Shown here one piece after another: positions 7,526-17,499 of a stretch of 64,000 bases of DNA. This DNA is from a virus: positions 1 through 64,000 of the IMG/VR virus record IMGVR_UViG_3300009593_000015. One strand, given 5' to 3'. The notes below the pieces were generated by a model. It worked only from the letters and a program-made list of their open reading frames with translations, had not been told where the DNA came from and did not search any database. Numbering within the stretch: the first letter of the stretch is position 1; the number at the start of each line of letters is the position of its first letter. The translations under genes were made by a program, and so were the position numbers.

Positions 7526-7702
7526 ATGATTGTAGAAAAACTAAAATCTATTCTAGATAGTCTTTGCGAAGCAGAGGAAGATGCTATTAAAAGCGAAGTT
7601 GGTAACAGCGCCGCCGGCCGCCGAGTGCGAAAACAGGCCATGGAAGCAATAAAAGCTTTAAAAGAATTGCGCGCCCTGATTTTGGAGGAATCTAAAAAAT
7701 GA
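7526..7702 (+). CDS. Histone H1-like Hc1-family small protein (58 aa, absent from the ORF track)
   Basis: AGGAG RBS. MIVEKLKSILDSLCEAEEDAIKSEVGNSAAGRRVRKQAMEAIKALKELRALILEESKK matches the GNKAAGxRxRK Hc1 signature. ATGA overlap with clpP. Confidence 0.8.
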   Translation: MIVEKLKSILDSLCEAEEDAIKSEVGNSAAGRRVRKQAMEAIKALKELRALILEESKK

Positions 7703-8337
7703 GAGATCAGTTTTGGGGCTCTGTCGAAGAGAAAGAAACTAGTGATCCAATTACTGTGGCACAATCATGTCAAGAAACACTTGGACATGCTTCTACAGAT
7801 TTCAATGTTGTAGATACTAGTCATAATAGAATATTTTTCTATTCAGGGGTAACTAGGCCAAAAATACTTCAATTAAATAAAAATATTTTTAACCTGAATG
7901 TTAATATGCTTTCCAAAACCGGCCCTCTGGAATATGAACCTCCTCCTATTAAGCTTCACATTAATAGTTACGGAGGTTCTGTGTTTGCAGGTTTGTCGGC
8001 ACTAGATTATATAAAAAATTCTAAAGTACCGGTGCATACAATTATAGATGGATGCGCCGCCTCAGCCGCTACTTTAATGTCATGTGTTGGCGCCCATCGC
8101 CAAATGCATAGAAATTCTTTCATGCTAGTCCATCAACTATCCGGCGCCATGTGGGGAAAATTCCAAGAAATGGAAGATGATTTTGAAAACTCAAAGATGC
8201 TTATGAATAAAATAAAAAACATCTACAGCGAGCATACAAAAATACCGAAGAGAGAAATGGATAAAATCTTAAAACATGATTTGTGGTGGGAAGCTGAAAA
8301 GTGTCTACAGTACGGATTAATAGACGAAATTATATAA
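7699..8337 (+). CDS. clpP: ClpP-family serine protease
   Basis: INSYGGSV, AASAAT (Ser), MLVHQ (His), HDLWW (Asp) and YGLIDEII. Confidence 0.9.
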   Translation: MRDQFWGSVEEKETSDPITVAQSCQETLGHASTDFNVVDTSHNRIFFYSGVTRPKILQLNKNIFNLNVNMLSKTGPLEYEPPPIKLHINSYGGSVFAGLSALDYIKNSKVPVHTIIDGCAASAATLMSCVGAHRQMHRNSFMLVHQLSGAMWGKFQEMEDDFENSKMLMNKIKNIYSEHTKIPKREMDKILKHDLWWEAEKCLQYGLIDEII

Positions 8338-8339
8338 AT

Positions 8340-8660
8340 ATGAATATTTTTGAAAATATATTCGGTCCGGCAGAATCTCAAAAAATCAGATCACCCGAGG
8401 CCTCTTTGGAACTTATAAATACTTATATTGGTGATGATGTAGAAATTATGAATTTGACATCTCACAATCGATATGTCTATTTTGAGGGCAGAGATAATAT
8501 ATACCACTTTACAGTAAAGTTGCTTTCTTTGGGCTTTTTATCTAAATTAGGAAAAGACAATAGGGTAAAAAATGTTTTCTTCTCTGCCAGGCATGCCCCA
8601 CCAGGAGGAGGAGCAGATTCAATAACTCTTCGTCAAAAAATTTTAATAGAATATCACTAG
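8340..8660 (+). CDS. Hypothetical protein
   Basis: ORF 8301..8660. The ATG at 8340, just after the clpP stop, is the more likely start. Confidence 0.65.
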   Translation: MNIFENIFGPAESQKIRSPEASLELINTYIGDDVEIMNLTSHNRYVYFEGRDNIYHFTVKLLSLGFLSKLGKDNRVKNVFFSARHAPPGGGADSITLRQKILIEYH

Positions 8661-8661
8661 A

Positions 8662-9402
8662 CTATATTTCTTTTATTTTTTTCTTGGTTTGCTTTATAAA
8701 CAATTTAAAAGATTTATAGTTTGTAATAAGGGTTAAATGTGGAAATTTTGGTGTAGAAGCAAATAAGACACCAACAATCTCATTTTTAGAATTCAACACC
8801 GCAGACCCTGAAGCTCCACCAGTGGCTGGAAAAGTCACTAAAGCAGACGACGCGTCAATATTGCCGCTAAAAATTCCTTCAAATATTGCAACACTTGGAA
8901 AGTGATATACGCCAAGGGGGGCGCCCATATATCTTAATCTCTCTCCTATGTCCGGTTTTTTAATGGAAATCTTTACTTTTTTTACTTCTAAGGTTGGAAC
9001 CCACAATACACAGTGATCACCACTTCCAGCGAAATCAACAAAACTTTTATTCAAAACCCAAGCTTGATGAGTATTACCTCTATAGTCTAATACTTTTATC
9101 GTTTGTAGATATTTATCTATTAAAGCTTTAGGTTGTGAATCACAAACGTGCCCGGCAGTAATTACCGTCATTAACTTCCTGTCTAAGTCAATCGCCATCC
9201 CACTTCCAGAATTGTAATATTGTCCTATTGGACAATTTTTATCTTTTTTGTCTTTGCAAGAGATTATTTTTATAGTATGTAGGATTTTTACAAAACTTTT
9301 GGACGGTGGAGTAATCGTTTTACTATTTACCCGAGAAACTGTGCAACAGTTGAGAAATAAAAAACAAAAAGTTAAAAATATTACTTGTTTTAATCTGTTC
9401 AT
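8662..9402 (-). CDS. Exported or lipoprotein trypsin-like (S1) serine protease
   Basis: Signal peptide with Cys, TAGHVC (His), GDH (Asp) and GASGSAV (Ser). The only credible minus-strand gene. Confidence 0.85.
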   Translation of the reverse strand: MNRLKQVIFLTFCFLFLNCCTVSRVNSKTITPPSKSFVKILHTIKIISCKDKKDKNCPIGQYYNSGSGMAIDLDRKLMTVITAGHVCDSQPKALIDKYLQTIKVLDYRGNTHQAWVLNKSFVDFAGSGDHCVLWVPTLEVKKVKISIKKPDIGERLRYMGAPLGVYHFPSVAIFEGIFSGNIDASSALVTFPATGGASGSAVLNSKNEIVGVLFASTPKFPHLTLITNYKSFKLFIKQTKKKIKEI

Positions 9403-9450
9403 ATATAATAACTACTTTTAAAAAACATAAAAAATCAAAAAGGAGAAAAA

Positions 9451-9642
9451 ATGTTTTTATTTAATTTTGCCACAATATTGGTGTTGTTTACATCACAACA
9501 CATAGAAAAAACCAACAATTCAAAGTACTTTGAGTCTCTTGAATTGCAAAAATATAACGCGACTTTTCATTATGAAAAAAAAAATTATAACAAAATACCT
9601 ACACCTTTAATAAAAATTGATAAAATTTCTAATTATTACTGA
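9451..9642 (+). CDS. Small hypothetical protein
   Basis: AGGAG RBS upstream and a hydrophobic N-terminus. Confidence 0.45.
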   Translation: MFLFNFATILVLFTSQHIEKTNNSKYFESLELQKYNATFHYEKKNYNKIPTPLIKIDKISNYY

Positions 9643-9648
9643 TATAAT
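9640..9648 (+). promoter_or_regulatory. Extended -10 promoter (TGATATAAT) upstream of phoH
   Basis: TGnTATAAT 20 nt before the TTG start. Confidence 0.5.
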
Positions 9649-9668
9649 AGATTAGAAAAGGAACGATT

Positions 9669-10985
9669 TTGGCCAAAAAAACTTACGTACTAGATACTAG
9701 CGTCTATCTTACCGATGCTAATTGTATTAAATCTTTTAAAAACAATGATATATTAATACCACTAAAGGTTTTAGAAGAGATAGATAAACACAAAAAAAGA
9801 CAAGACTTGGTTGGTGCACAAGCAAGAGCAACAATCAGAAAGTTAGATGAATTAAGATCTAAAGGATCCCTCTCAAAAGGGGTGAGAATAGAAAAGGGTC
9901 TAGGTCTAATAAAAGTAAAGTCATATAATCCACTGTGCCTACCAGATGATTTAGATTTGGATGACTCAGACAATCAGATTATTGCAACAGCACTCTCGGA
10001 AAAAGAAGCATTAGAGACAGTCACAAGAAAAATAGTAGTTGTCTCTAGAGATATAAATATGAGGGTGAAGTGTGACTCTTTGGGGCTGCTAACGGAAGAC
10101 TATCAAGTCGAACAAGTCGTAGAGTCATCAGAGGGTTTATACACTGGACGTTCAGAGGTCTTAATTGATGAACAAGAAATAGATAAATTTTATGAAGGTA
10201 AGGAGGTTTGGTTATCTAAAGAAGAGTTTTCTTTGAGTCCAAATCAGTTTGTGATGTTGATAGCGAATAGTAACCCTAAGAAATCGGCCCTAGCAAGATT
10301 TGTTGGTTATAATTCTCCATTAAAGAAAATATTAACCTCCAACAAAAAAATTTGGTCTACAACAGCAAGAAACAAGGAACAACAGTTTGCGTTGGAACTT
10401 TTGATGGATCCGATGGTTCCAGTTGTATCTCTTGTCGGAAAAGCCGGATCAGGCAAGACTTTATTGGCACTTGCTGCAGGCCTGGAGCAGACATTTCAGC
10501 AAAACATATATAAAAAAATAGTAGTAACAAAGCCAGTAGAACCAGTTGGTAAAGATATTGGGTTTCTTCCCGGAACCATGGAAGAGAAGATGATGCCATG
10601 GCTAGCGCCTATACAAGATAATTTGCAATTCCTAATGGGTGACCACCGAGCGACATTGGAGATGTACATCGAGAAAGGGCAAATAGAGGTAGAGGCGATG
10701 ACCTTCATTCGAGGAAGGTCTATCTCAAATGCGTTCATAGTTATCGACGAGGTTCAAAACATGACACAGCACGAAATAAAAACAGTCTTAACAAGAGTTG
10801 GTGAAGGTACTAAGATCGTCTTAACAGGAGATATAGAACAAATAGACAATGTTTATATTGATGCTACTAATAATGGGCTGTCATATGTGGTGGAAAGGTT
10901 AAAAAACGAATCAATCACTGGCCATGTGACTCTCTTAAAAGGAGAGAGATCAAAGGTAGCATCTCTTGCGGCAGTAAAACTATAA
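9669..10985 (+). CDS. phoH: PIN-PhoH (PhoH2/YlaK-type) protein
   Basis: N-terminal PIN (VLDTSV, DNQII, SRDINMRVK), Walker A GKAGSGKT, IGFLPG, RGRS, DEVQN and GDIEQID. Confidence 0.93.
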   Translation: MAKKTYVLDTSVYLTDANCIKSFKNNDILIPLKVLEEIDKHKKRQDLVGAQARATIRKLDELRSKGSLSKGVRIEKGLGLIKVKSYNPLCLPDDLDLDDSDNQIIATALSEKEALETVTRKIVVVSRDINMRVKCDSLGLLTEDYQVEQVVESSEGLYTGRSEVLIDEQEIDKFYEGKEVWLSKEEFSLSPNQFVMLIANSNPKKSALARFVGYNSPLKKILTSNKKIWSTTARNKEQQFALELLMDPMVPVVSLVGKAGSGKTLLALAAGLEQTFQQNIYKKIVVTKPVEPVGKDIGFLPGTMEEKMMPWLAPIQDNLQFLMGDHRATLEMYIEKGQIEVEAMTFIRGRSISNAFIVIDEVQNMTQHEIKTVLTRVGEGTKIVLTGDIEQIDNVYIDATNNGLSYVVERLKNESITGHVTLLKGERSKVASLAAVKL

Positions 10986-11025
10986 AAAATAAAATAAAAA
11001 TACCAGGAAGTAAGTATTAAGTATC

Positions 11026-11298
11026 GTGAATAAAAATAAACTATCTCTTTTACAAGAAAAAGTACCATCAGAAACAGAACTGAAAGAAATCATAGTAAGC
11101 TATGTTGGAAAAACATTAAATCCAGAATCAGAAGAAATAACAATAGAACAAGTGATAGAGGTTTTTTCAAGAGAGTTCCCAGAATTCCTTTTGGCCATGG
11201 CAGAAGAAAATTGGATAAATGGATACACACAGGCGCTCAATGATGTCAATCATCAGAATCCGGGAAAAAATGAAAAATTACATCCAAGAAAAAAATAA
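11026..11298 (+). CDS. Hypothetical protein
   Basis: 90-aa ORF in operon context. Confidence 0.7.
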   Translation: MNKNKLSLLQEKVPSETELKEIIVSYVGKTLNPESEEITIEQVIEVFSREFPEFLLAMAEENWINGYTQALNDVNHQNPGKNEKLHPRKK

Positions 11299-11938
11299 TA
11301 ATAAATTTTTTATAAATGGGATTAAAATTTCCATGAAAAGCAATCCATCGAACATTTCAGTTGGAGAAATAAAATCTTCTCTAACAAAAGCTATAGAAAA
11401 AATACCAGGGCATTTGTTGAAAAATTTAAATGCAATCAATATTGGTAATTTTTTAGAACTAAAAAAAAGGAAAATACAATCATTTTATAAAAATTCTTCA
11501 ATTTTTATGACAAGTGATTATGAAGATTCCGTAGATATGATTGATGACCTAGTTCATGAAGTAGCTCATTCGGTAGAGGAAATCTTCGGATCTGTAATAT
11601 ATTCAGACCAAGAGGTAGAAAAAGAGTTTTTAAATAAAAGAAAAAAGCTGTGGCGCACCTTAAGAGAAGCCGGCTTTGACGTTGAGCTTTCAAAATTTTT
11701 AAATCCGAATTATAATCAAGATTTTGATTTATTTTTATATAAAGAAGTGGGGTATGCTTTTTTACGCACTGCGACAAAGTCAGTTTTTTATTCACCATAT
11801 GGATCCACTTCTCTCAGAGAATATTTTGCGAATGGTTTCGAAGCATTTTTCATGAAAGAGGAAATAGCAAGGTTGAAAAAAATAAGCCCAGTTTTATATA
11901 AAAAAATGATCAATTTACTTGACATAGAAGGAGAATAA
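11270..11938 (+). CDS. Zincin-like metallopeptidase (HExxH)
   Basis: LVHEVAHSVEE and downstream SLREYFANGFE (lethal-factor/MtfA-type third ligand). ATG at 11270 preferred as start. Confidence 0.65.
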   Translation: MKNYIQEKNNNKFFINGIKISMKSNPSNISVGEIKSSLTKAIEKIPGHLLKNLNAINIGNFLELKKRKIQSFYKNSSIFMTSDYEDSVDMIDDLVHEVAHSVEEIFGSVIYSDQEVEKEFLNKRKKLWRTLREAGFDVELSKFLNPNYNQDFDLFLYKEVGYAFLRTATKSVFYSPYGSTSLREYFANGFEAFFMKEEIARLKKISPVLYKKMINLLDIEGE

Positions 11939-11945
11939 TAGTATT

Positions 11946-12248
11946 ATGTTTAATAAGAGTATAGAAATAAAAGACAATAAATTAATAATAACTGTAAGTA
12001 TTGAAAAAAGAAAATATATTTCTCAAGAAAGGAAGACTTTCAAGGAGGATATAACACTATTAATTCCAAAGGAATATCAAAGTAGAGTATCTTTGTTAAC
12101 CTCTCCGGTTCACAAAATATCTAACTTCACAAACAAGAATTGCAAAACTCATGGTGAATGGGTCTTTGAAATAGAAGATAAAAAAAATGAAACAACAAAA
12201 AAACCAACAAGAAGAAAAAGATCTCCTCAACGAACAAAAAAGAATTAG
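11946..12248 (+). CDS. Hypothetical basic protein
   Basis: 100-aa ORF. Confidence 0.6.
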   Translation: MFNKSIEIKDNKLIITVSIEKRKYISQERKTFKEDITLLIPKEYQSRVSLLTSPVHKISNFTNKNCKTHGEWVFEIEDKKNETTKKPTRRKRSPQRTKKN

Positions 12249-13002
12249 CTTCTCTGAGTTCAAGAACTGGCGAGAGTGTCCGTATAGACATAAACTAATC
12301 CATATAGACAAGGTTCCATATTTTGAAAGCAATGAATTTACTGCTTTCGGAATCGCAATGCACGAGGCTTGCGAGAAAACCTTTCCAAAAAATAGAAAAA
12401 ATCTATACCAGGTTTTTCAGAAAAGCTTTGATTTAGAGTTAAAAAAAATAAAAAACAAATCTCTGAACCAAGACCTTGTGAGTGACATGTACATGCAGGC
12501 AAAAACAGTTTGCAAACAAATTGTTCCAAAAATAGACGAATATTTCGAAGAATATGAGGTCTTTTCTGTCGAAGAAGCTCTCTTTGAAAAAATAGATGAG
12601 TTTGATTCACACGGCCGTAGCTTTAAGGGGTTTGTAGATATGATATTGAAAACCCCGGATGGCAAATTTCACATCATAGATTGGAAAACTTGTTCCTGGG
12701 GATGGAACAGTAATAAGAAGAGTGACCCTATTACTAACTACCAGTTGACATATTATAAAAATTACTTCTCAAAGAAATACAATATAGAAGCAAAAAATAT
12801 CGATACATATTTTGTCCTTCTTAAAAGGACCGCGAAGAGGGAAAATGTAGAAGTGGTGAAGACAACTTCAGGGCTCAAAAAAACTGAAAACTCTTTAAAA
12901 CTTTTAGAAAATGCTGTTATAAATATAGAAAATAAAGTTTTTATTAAAAATAGACTTAATTGTAAATATTGCAAATTTTACAGGACAGAGCATTGTAGAT
13001 GA
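12187..13002 (+). CDS. PD-(D/E)xK nuclease, Cas4/AddB-like with Fe-S cysteines
   Basis: ISFSEF..W.ECP, G...HE, FKGFVD, IIDWKT, QLTYY and C-terminal CKYCKFYRTEHC. Confidence 0.85.
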   Translation: MKQQKNQQEEKDLLNEQKRISFSEFKNWRECPYRHKLIHIDKVPYFESNEFTAFGIAMHEACEKTFPKNRKNLYQVFQKSFDLELKKIKNKSLNQDLVSDMYMQAKTVCKQIVPKIDEYFEEYEVFSVEEALFEKIDEFDSHGRSFKGFVDMILKTPDGKFHIIDWKTCSWGWNSNKKSDPITNYQLTYYKNYFSKKYNIEAKNIDTYFVLLKRTAKRENVEVVKTTSGLKKTENSLKLLENAVINIENKVFIKNRLNCKYCKFYRTEHCR

Positions 13003-14258
13003 CAAAAAGAAAAATATTAGTAATTGCAGATTCCCCGTTGGTGCCTTCCGGAGTAGGCACTCAGACAAAATATATGATAGACTCCTTGCTGAAAACCGGA
13101 GAGTACAAATTTTTATGTCTAGCCGGCGCCATTAAGCATAGAGATTATAGGACAATAAAAACAGAAGAGTGGGGTGATGATTGGTTAATCAAGCCAGTAG
13201 ATGGATACGGAAACCCTGAAATATTGAGAGCAGTAATAAGAGATTTCAAGCCAGATGTTTTATGGTTTATGACTGATCCTCGTTTTTACGTATGGTTATG
13301 GAAAATGGAAAATGAAATCCGGCCTTACGTACCAATGGTCTATTACCATGTATGGGACAATTATCCATATCCGATGTTTAATAAAAAATTCTACGATTCA
13401 AACGACATGGTTTGTACCATAAGTAAAGTAACAGACGATATAGTGAAGACAGTGTCCCCAGATATTATATCGAGAAGGGTTCCTCACACTGTTGATACAA
13501 ATATATTCAAGAAAACAGAGAACAAAAAAGAAGTTCAAAAATTTAGAAATTTTATTTGTAAAGGAAAAGAAAAAATGATTTTCTTTTGGAATAATAGGAA
13601 TGCAAGGAGAAAACAGCCCGGATCTTTAATTTATTGGTTTAAAGAATTCTTAGATATTGTAGGTCATGAAAACGCCTGCCTCCTGATGCACACAGAACCA
13701 AGAGATCCTCACGGGCAAGATTTGCAAGAAATTATTAATAATTTAAAACTCAACAAACACAATCAAGTCCTTCTTTCAACGGAAAAATTGCAACCTGATA
13801 AGTTAGCAAATCTATATTCCTCGGCAGATTGCACAATTAATATTTCAGATGCCGAAGGGTTTGGTTTAGCCACGCTAGAATCACTATCTTGTGAAACACC
13901 AATTATTGTGAATATGACAGGCGGTCTACAAGAGCAGGTAACAGACGGCACCTCTTGGTTTGGTATTGAGATTTACCCCTCCTCTAAGTCTGTCATAGGT
14001 TCGCAGGATGTCCCATATATATATGAAGATAGGATCAATGGAGAAGAGTTTGTTGGCAAATTAGTTGAATTTTATAACTTACCTAAAATAGAACGAGAAG
14101 AAATGGGAAAAAAAGGCAGAGATCACGTATTGAATAATTTTGGCATAGAACAGTATTGCGAAAACTGGAAAAAAGTTATGAATGACGTCATCGATCGATG
14201 CGGTTCTTGGGACACTAGAAAAGATTATAAAAGCTGGTACTTTGGAGAAATAAAATGA
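12999..14258 (+). CDS. GT-B (GT4-like) glycosyltransferase
   Basis: PSGVGTQ, RNARRK and EGFGLATLESLSC..P motifs. Confidence 0.9.
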   Translation: MTKRKILVIADSPLVPSGVGTQTKYMIDSLLKTGEYKFLCLAGAIKHRDYRTIKTEEWGDDWLIKPVDGYGNPEILRAVIRDFKPDVLWFMTDPRFYVWLWKMENEIRPYVPMVYYHVWDNYPYPMFNKKFYDSNDMVCTISKVTDDIVKTVSPDIISRRVPHTVDTNIFKKTENKKEVQKFRNFICKGKEKMIFFWNNRNARRKQPGSLIYWFKEFLDIVGHENACLLMHTEPRDPHGQDLQEIINNLKLNKHNQVLLSTEKLQPDKLANLYSSADCTINISDAEGFGLATLESLSCETPIIVNMTGGLQEQVTDGTSWFGIEIYPSSKSVIGSQDVPYIYEDRINGEEFVGKLVEFYNLPKIEREEMGKKGRDHVLNNFGIEQYCENWKKVMNDVIDRCGSWDTRKDYKSWYFGEIK

Positions 14259-15556
14259 AGATTTTACTAGAAGGACCAATTCTCACACAGTCCGGATACG
14301 GCGAACATACACGTTTAGTCTATAAATCTCTTAAACTAAATGATAAAAATAAAGTATATGTAAACCCTCTTCGATGGGGTAATACTACTTGGAGTTTGGA
14401 AGAAAATCCTGTAAATAAAAATATAGAAAAAGACATAAGAGCTTTGGGAGACATTTCCCTGAAAGCTCAAAAGGAAAATAGTGATACAAAATTTGATTTA
14501 CATGTGCATGTAGGAATTATAAATGAATTCGTTCCAAAAGCACTAAAAAGTATTTGCATAACTGCAGGTATAGAGACAGATAGGGTATCTGACGACTGGC
14601 TTTTGCGAACATACCAAAACCAGCCGTCAAAAATAATAGTCCCATCATCACACGCAGCAAACGGATTCTTAAATAGTCGACATGCCGTCTTAGAACCGAA
14701 AACTAACACCCAGCATGAAATTGGATATAACATGGATTGCCCAATGGAAATTATACCTTATCCTGTGAAAAAAGTCTCACCTGAAGATATAGATATTGAC
14801 TTAGAAACTGACTTCAATTTTCTTTCAATAGCTCTATCAGGCCCCAGAAAAAACTTAGAAGATTTGGTTCGTTGCTTTTTGGAAGAATTCAAAGATGAAT
14901 CCGTCGGCCTAGTACTCAAGACGGCAGGAGCAAATGGTTCGATTATTGACAGACACTTTACAATTGAAAGACTCGAAAAGCTGATCAGAAAAGACAAAAA
15001 TAGAAAATGTAAGATATATTTATTACACGGAGATTTATCCGAGAGTCAAATTCATTCCCTTTATCAAAGAGATGATATACATGCCTACGTTACTGCCACT
15101 CGCGGAGAGGGATATGGACTTCCAATATTTGAAGCAGCATATAGCGGAATGCCAGTTGTAGCAACAGACTGGTCAGGGCATTTAGATTTTCTTCAGGCTC
15201 CCTTTAAAGAGGGAGGAAAAGTAAAAATAAAAAAACTCTTCGCAAAAGTAAACTATAAATTAGAAAAAATACACCCATCAGCCGTGTGGGATAAAGTTCT
15301 CATAGCAGATTCAAAATGGGCCCAAATCGATGAATCTTCCCTTAAAAGACAAATGAGAAATGTACTAAAATCGCACGGAAGATATAAGAAGTGGGCAAAG
15401 GCACTACAAGAGTATATACTAGAAAACTACGAAGAAAAGAAAATTTTGAGAAAATTAGAAGAATCTTTGACAGGTAAATCGATGTTTTCTACAGAAATGC
15501 ATTATAAAAAATTAAACAAGAGAAAGCAAAGTTTAGAAATTTCAGGAACACTTTAA
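14255..15556 (+). CDS. GT-B (GT4-like) glycosyltransferase
   Basis: SGYGEH, PRKN and RGEGYGLPIFEAAYSGMPVV motifs. Confidence 0.9.
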   Translation: MKILLEGPILTQSGYGEHTRLVYKSLKLNDKNKVYVNPLRWGNTTWSLEENPVNKNIEKDIRALGDISLKAQKENSDTKFDLHVHVGIINEFVPKALKSICITAGIETDRVSDDWLLRTYQNQPSKIIVPSSHAANGFLNSRHAVLEPKTNTQHEIGYNMDCPMEIIPYPVKKVSPEDIDIDLETDFNFLSIALSGPRKNLEDLVRCFLEEFKDESVGLVLKTAGANGSIIDRHFTIERLEKLIRKDKNRKCKIYLLHGDLSESQIHSLYQRDDIHAYVTATRGEGYGLPIFEAAYSGMPVVATDWSGHLDFLQAPFKEGGKVKIKKLFAKVNYKLEKIHPSAVWDKVLIADSKWAQIDESSLKRQMRNVLKSHGRYKKWAKALQEYILENYEEKKILRKLEESLTGKSMFSTEMHYKKLNKRKQSLEISGTL

Positions 15557-15572
15557 ATTTTAGGAATAAATT

Positions 15573-16271
15573 ATGGAAGAAAATATAAAAAAAGAAAAAG
15601 ATATACCATTCAGTTTTTGCATCATAACAGATAATTCAGATGAAGCCATTCCAAGAATAGAGGAGACAATTGATTCAATCCGACTATTAAGGATACCAGA
15701 ATTTGAAATCTTAATAATAGGAGGCACCGGAAATAAAATCACCAGATCTGGCAGTAACATAAAAAAGATAGATTTTAATGAGTCTACAAAATCTGCTTGG
15801 CTAACTAAGAAGAAGAATACAATCGCAAAGCATTGCAAATATGAAAACATAGTCATGTTTCATGATTATTTCATTTTTCACTTTAGTTGGTACTTTTATT
15901 ACAAACAATTTTTTAACAAATATGAATATGATATATGTTGTAACCCTATTCTAATGATGGACGGAAGAAGAGATTACACTGACTGGCTTACTTGGGACCA
16001 CCCAACAATTGGCCAACAAATCAGCTTACCATATAGTGACTGGAAATATACTAAAAACCAATATGTTAGTGGTGGTTATTTTTTAGTTAAAAAACAGTTT
16101 TTGATTGATAACCCCTTCGATGAAAGCCTTGCCGCCGGCGACCCTGAAGATGTTGAGTGGAGCCTCCGAGTTAGAGATAAAGCAAAAATAATTTGTAACC
16201 CTTATTCTTACTGTAAGCAAACAAAGGAACATAGAAATCTAAGAGTAGATTTATGGAATAGATTATTATGA
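15573..16271 (+). CDS. GT-A (GT2-like) glycosyltransferase
   Basis: FSFCIIT, KKN...KYENIVMFHDY, GGYFLVKK and FDE...EDVEWS motifs. Confidence 0.75.
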   Translation: MEENIKKEKDIPFSFCIITDNSDEAIPRIEETIDSIRLLRIPEFEILIIGGTGNKITRSGSNIKKIDFNESTKSAWLTKKKNTIAKHCKYENIVMFHDYFIFHFSWYFYYKQFFNKYEYDICCNPILMMDGRRDYTDWLTWDHPTIGQQISLPYSDWKYTKNQYVSGGYFLVKKQFLIDNPFDESLAAGDPEDVEWSLRVRDKAKIICNPYSYCKQTKEHRNLRVDLWNRLL

Positions 16272-16792
16272 TTAAATTAGTTATTTTAGATATTGATGGC
16301 GTCTTAACCGACGGCCGTAAATACTACAACGAATCCGGCATGCCTTTCGCAAAGACTTACTGTGATAAGGATTTTACTGCCATCAAGCGCCTTCGAGGCG
16401 CCGGAATCGATGTGTGTTTTCTATCGGGGGACGACTTTGTAAACAAGGCCATGGCCAAGAATAGAAATATTGATTTTTATTCAGCAAGAGGAAAAGACAA
16501 GGCAGACTTCATCCCAGAATTTGAGAGTAAGTATTCGACCCACAGGGCTCATATGGTATATATTGGTGATGACTTGTTTGATGCTAGTATGCTAAAAAAT
16601 GTGGGACACCCTTTTTGCCCAGCCGACGCGTGCTTGGATGTTAAGGAAATTTGCGGCGCGCGAAATATTTTGCAATCCCCCGGCGGTCACAACGTGATAA
16701 TGGAACTTACAAGGGTCCTTCTTGATCGAAAATGGGTTCCTGACGCCAGTATGAAACAAATCGAGAACCTGGATAAGGAAGAGAAGTTTTAA
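16268..16792 (+). CDS. KdsC/YrbI-like C0 HAD phosphatase
   Basis: LDIDGVLTDG, LSG, K, YIGDDLFD, CPADA and GG motifs. Confidence 0.85.
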   Translation: MIKLVILDIDGVLTDGRKYYNESGMPFAKTYCDKDFTAIKRLRGAGIDVCFLSGDDFVNKAMAKNRNIDFYSARGKDKADFIPEFESKYSTHRAHMVYIGDDLFDASMLKNVGHPFCPADACLDVKEICGARNILQSPGGHNVIMELTRVLLDRKWVPDASMKQIENLDKEEKF

Positions 16793-17499
16793 TGACCCCA
16801 CGGCCCCATCAAACCGGCCTGCTTTTAACTCACCTATTCGTCCGCCCGGGCCAAGAATACAAATTCCAAATGTTAAAATATGTAATAGATTTCTATAAAA
16901 ATATAGACAATAATTTTTTTATAGTCATTTCAGGCCACGGCCAGGTGCCACCAGAAGATATACAATCCCAGGTAGATGGGGTATACTGGGAACAACAGAT
17001 AGATGAACGCCAAATAGGCCGCGGCCACGCAAAGCTCTGCATAGAGGGGTTTAAGATATTAAAAAACAACAAAATAGACAATTGCATAAAGGCTAGATAT
17101 TGTGATGTTGTTCAAAATGTAAGTTTAATCACTAAAGCAATATCTCAAAATAAACTAATGTTTACTGAGCAAACGTGTTTAGCTGATAGGATGTTGGGTG
17201 ATCTACTAATGTCTGGCAATACAGAAGCTCTGTATGATCTATGGTCTATGTGTGATTGGGACTATTCTAAAAGTGGATTATATAATCTTTATGATAATTT
17301 AGAATCTTATGCAAGAAAGATAAATTTATCACCAAAGAAATACTTAGAGTGTAATTGTGTTTTTCACAAGCCAGAAGATCTATTGTGGTTTACGATTGAA
17401 CACAATTGGTCTCAGCACGAATCCACCCTTGTAGAGCCTTTGTGTGATAAGCATTTATGGGGAAGGAAATTAAATTATGAATACTATGGAGGTTTTTAA
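16792..17499 (+). CDS. Hypothetical protein, possibly a divergent glycosyltransferase (WavE-like)
   Basis: IKARYCD and GDLLMSG echo the K.R.D and D...G pattern of 21886..22635. Sits inside the glycan cluster. Confidence 0.45.
   Translation: MTPRPHQTGLLLTHLFVRPGQEYKFQMLKYVIDFYKNIDNNFFIVISGHGQVPPEDIQSQVDGVYWEQQIDERQIGRGHAKLCIEGFKILKNNKIDNCIKARYCDVVQNVSLITKAISQNKLMFTEQTCLADRMLGDLLMSGNTEALYDLWSMCDWDYSKSGLYNLYDNLESYARKINLSPKKYLECNCVFHKPEDLLWFTIEHNWSQHESTLVEPLCDKHLWGRKLNYEYYGGF

Noticed and set aside
7459-7764. 101-aa minus-strand ORF
   Set aside because: It is antisense to the tRNA, the Hc1-like gene and clpP. Its GLPGFEPG ending is just the reverse-translated T-arm.
11919-11947. Sigma70 promoter TTGACA-17-TATTAT
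   Set aside because: The -10 overlaps the ATG of 11946..12248 and the spacer contains that gene's AGGAG. Too ambiguous to call.
12187-13002. CRISPR-Cas system suggested by the Cas4-like gene
   Set aside because: I see no repeat-spacer array and no other cas genes in the window. Solo Cas4-like nucleases are common in phages.
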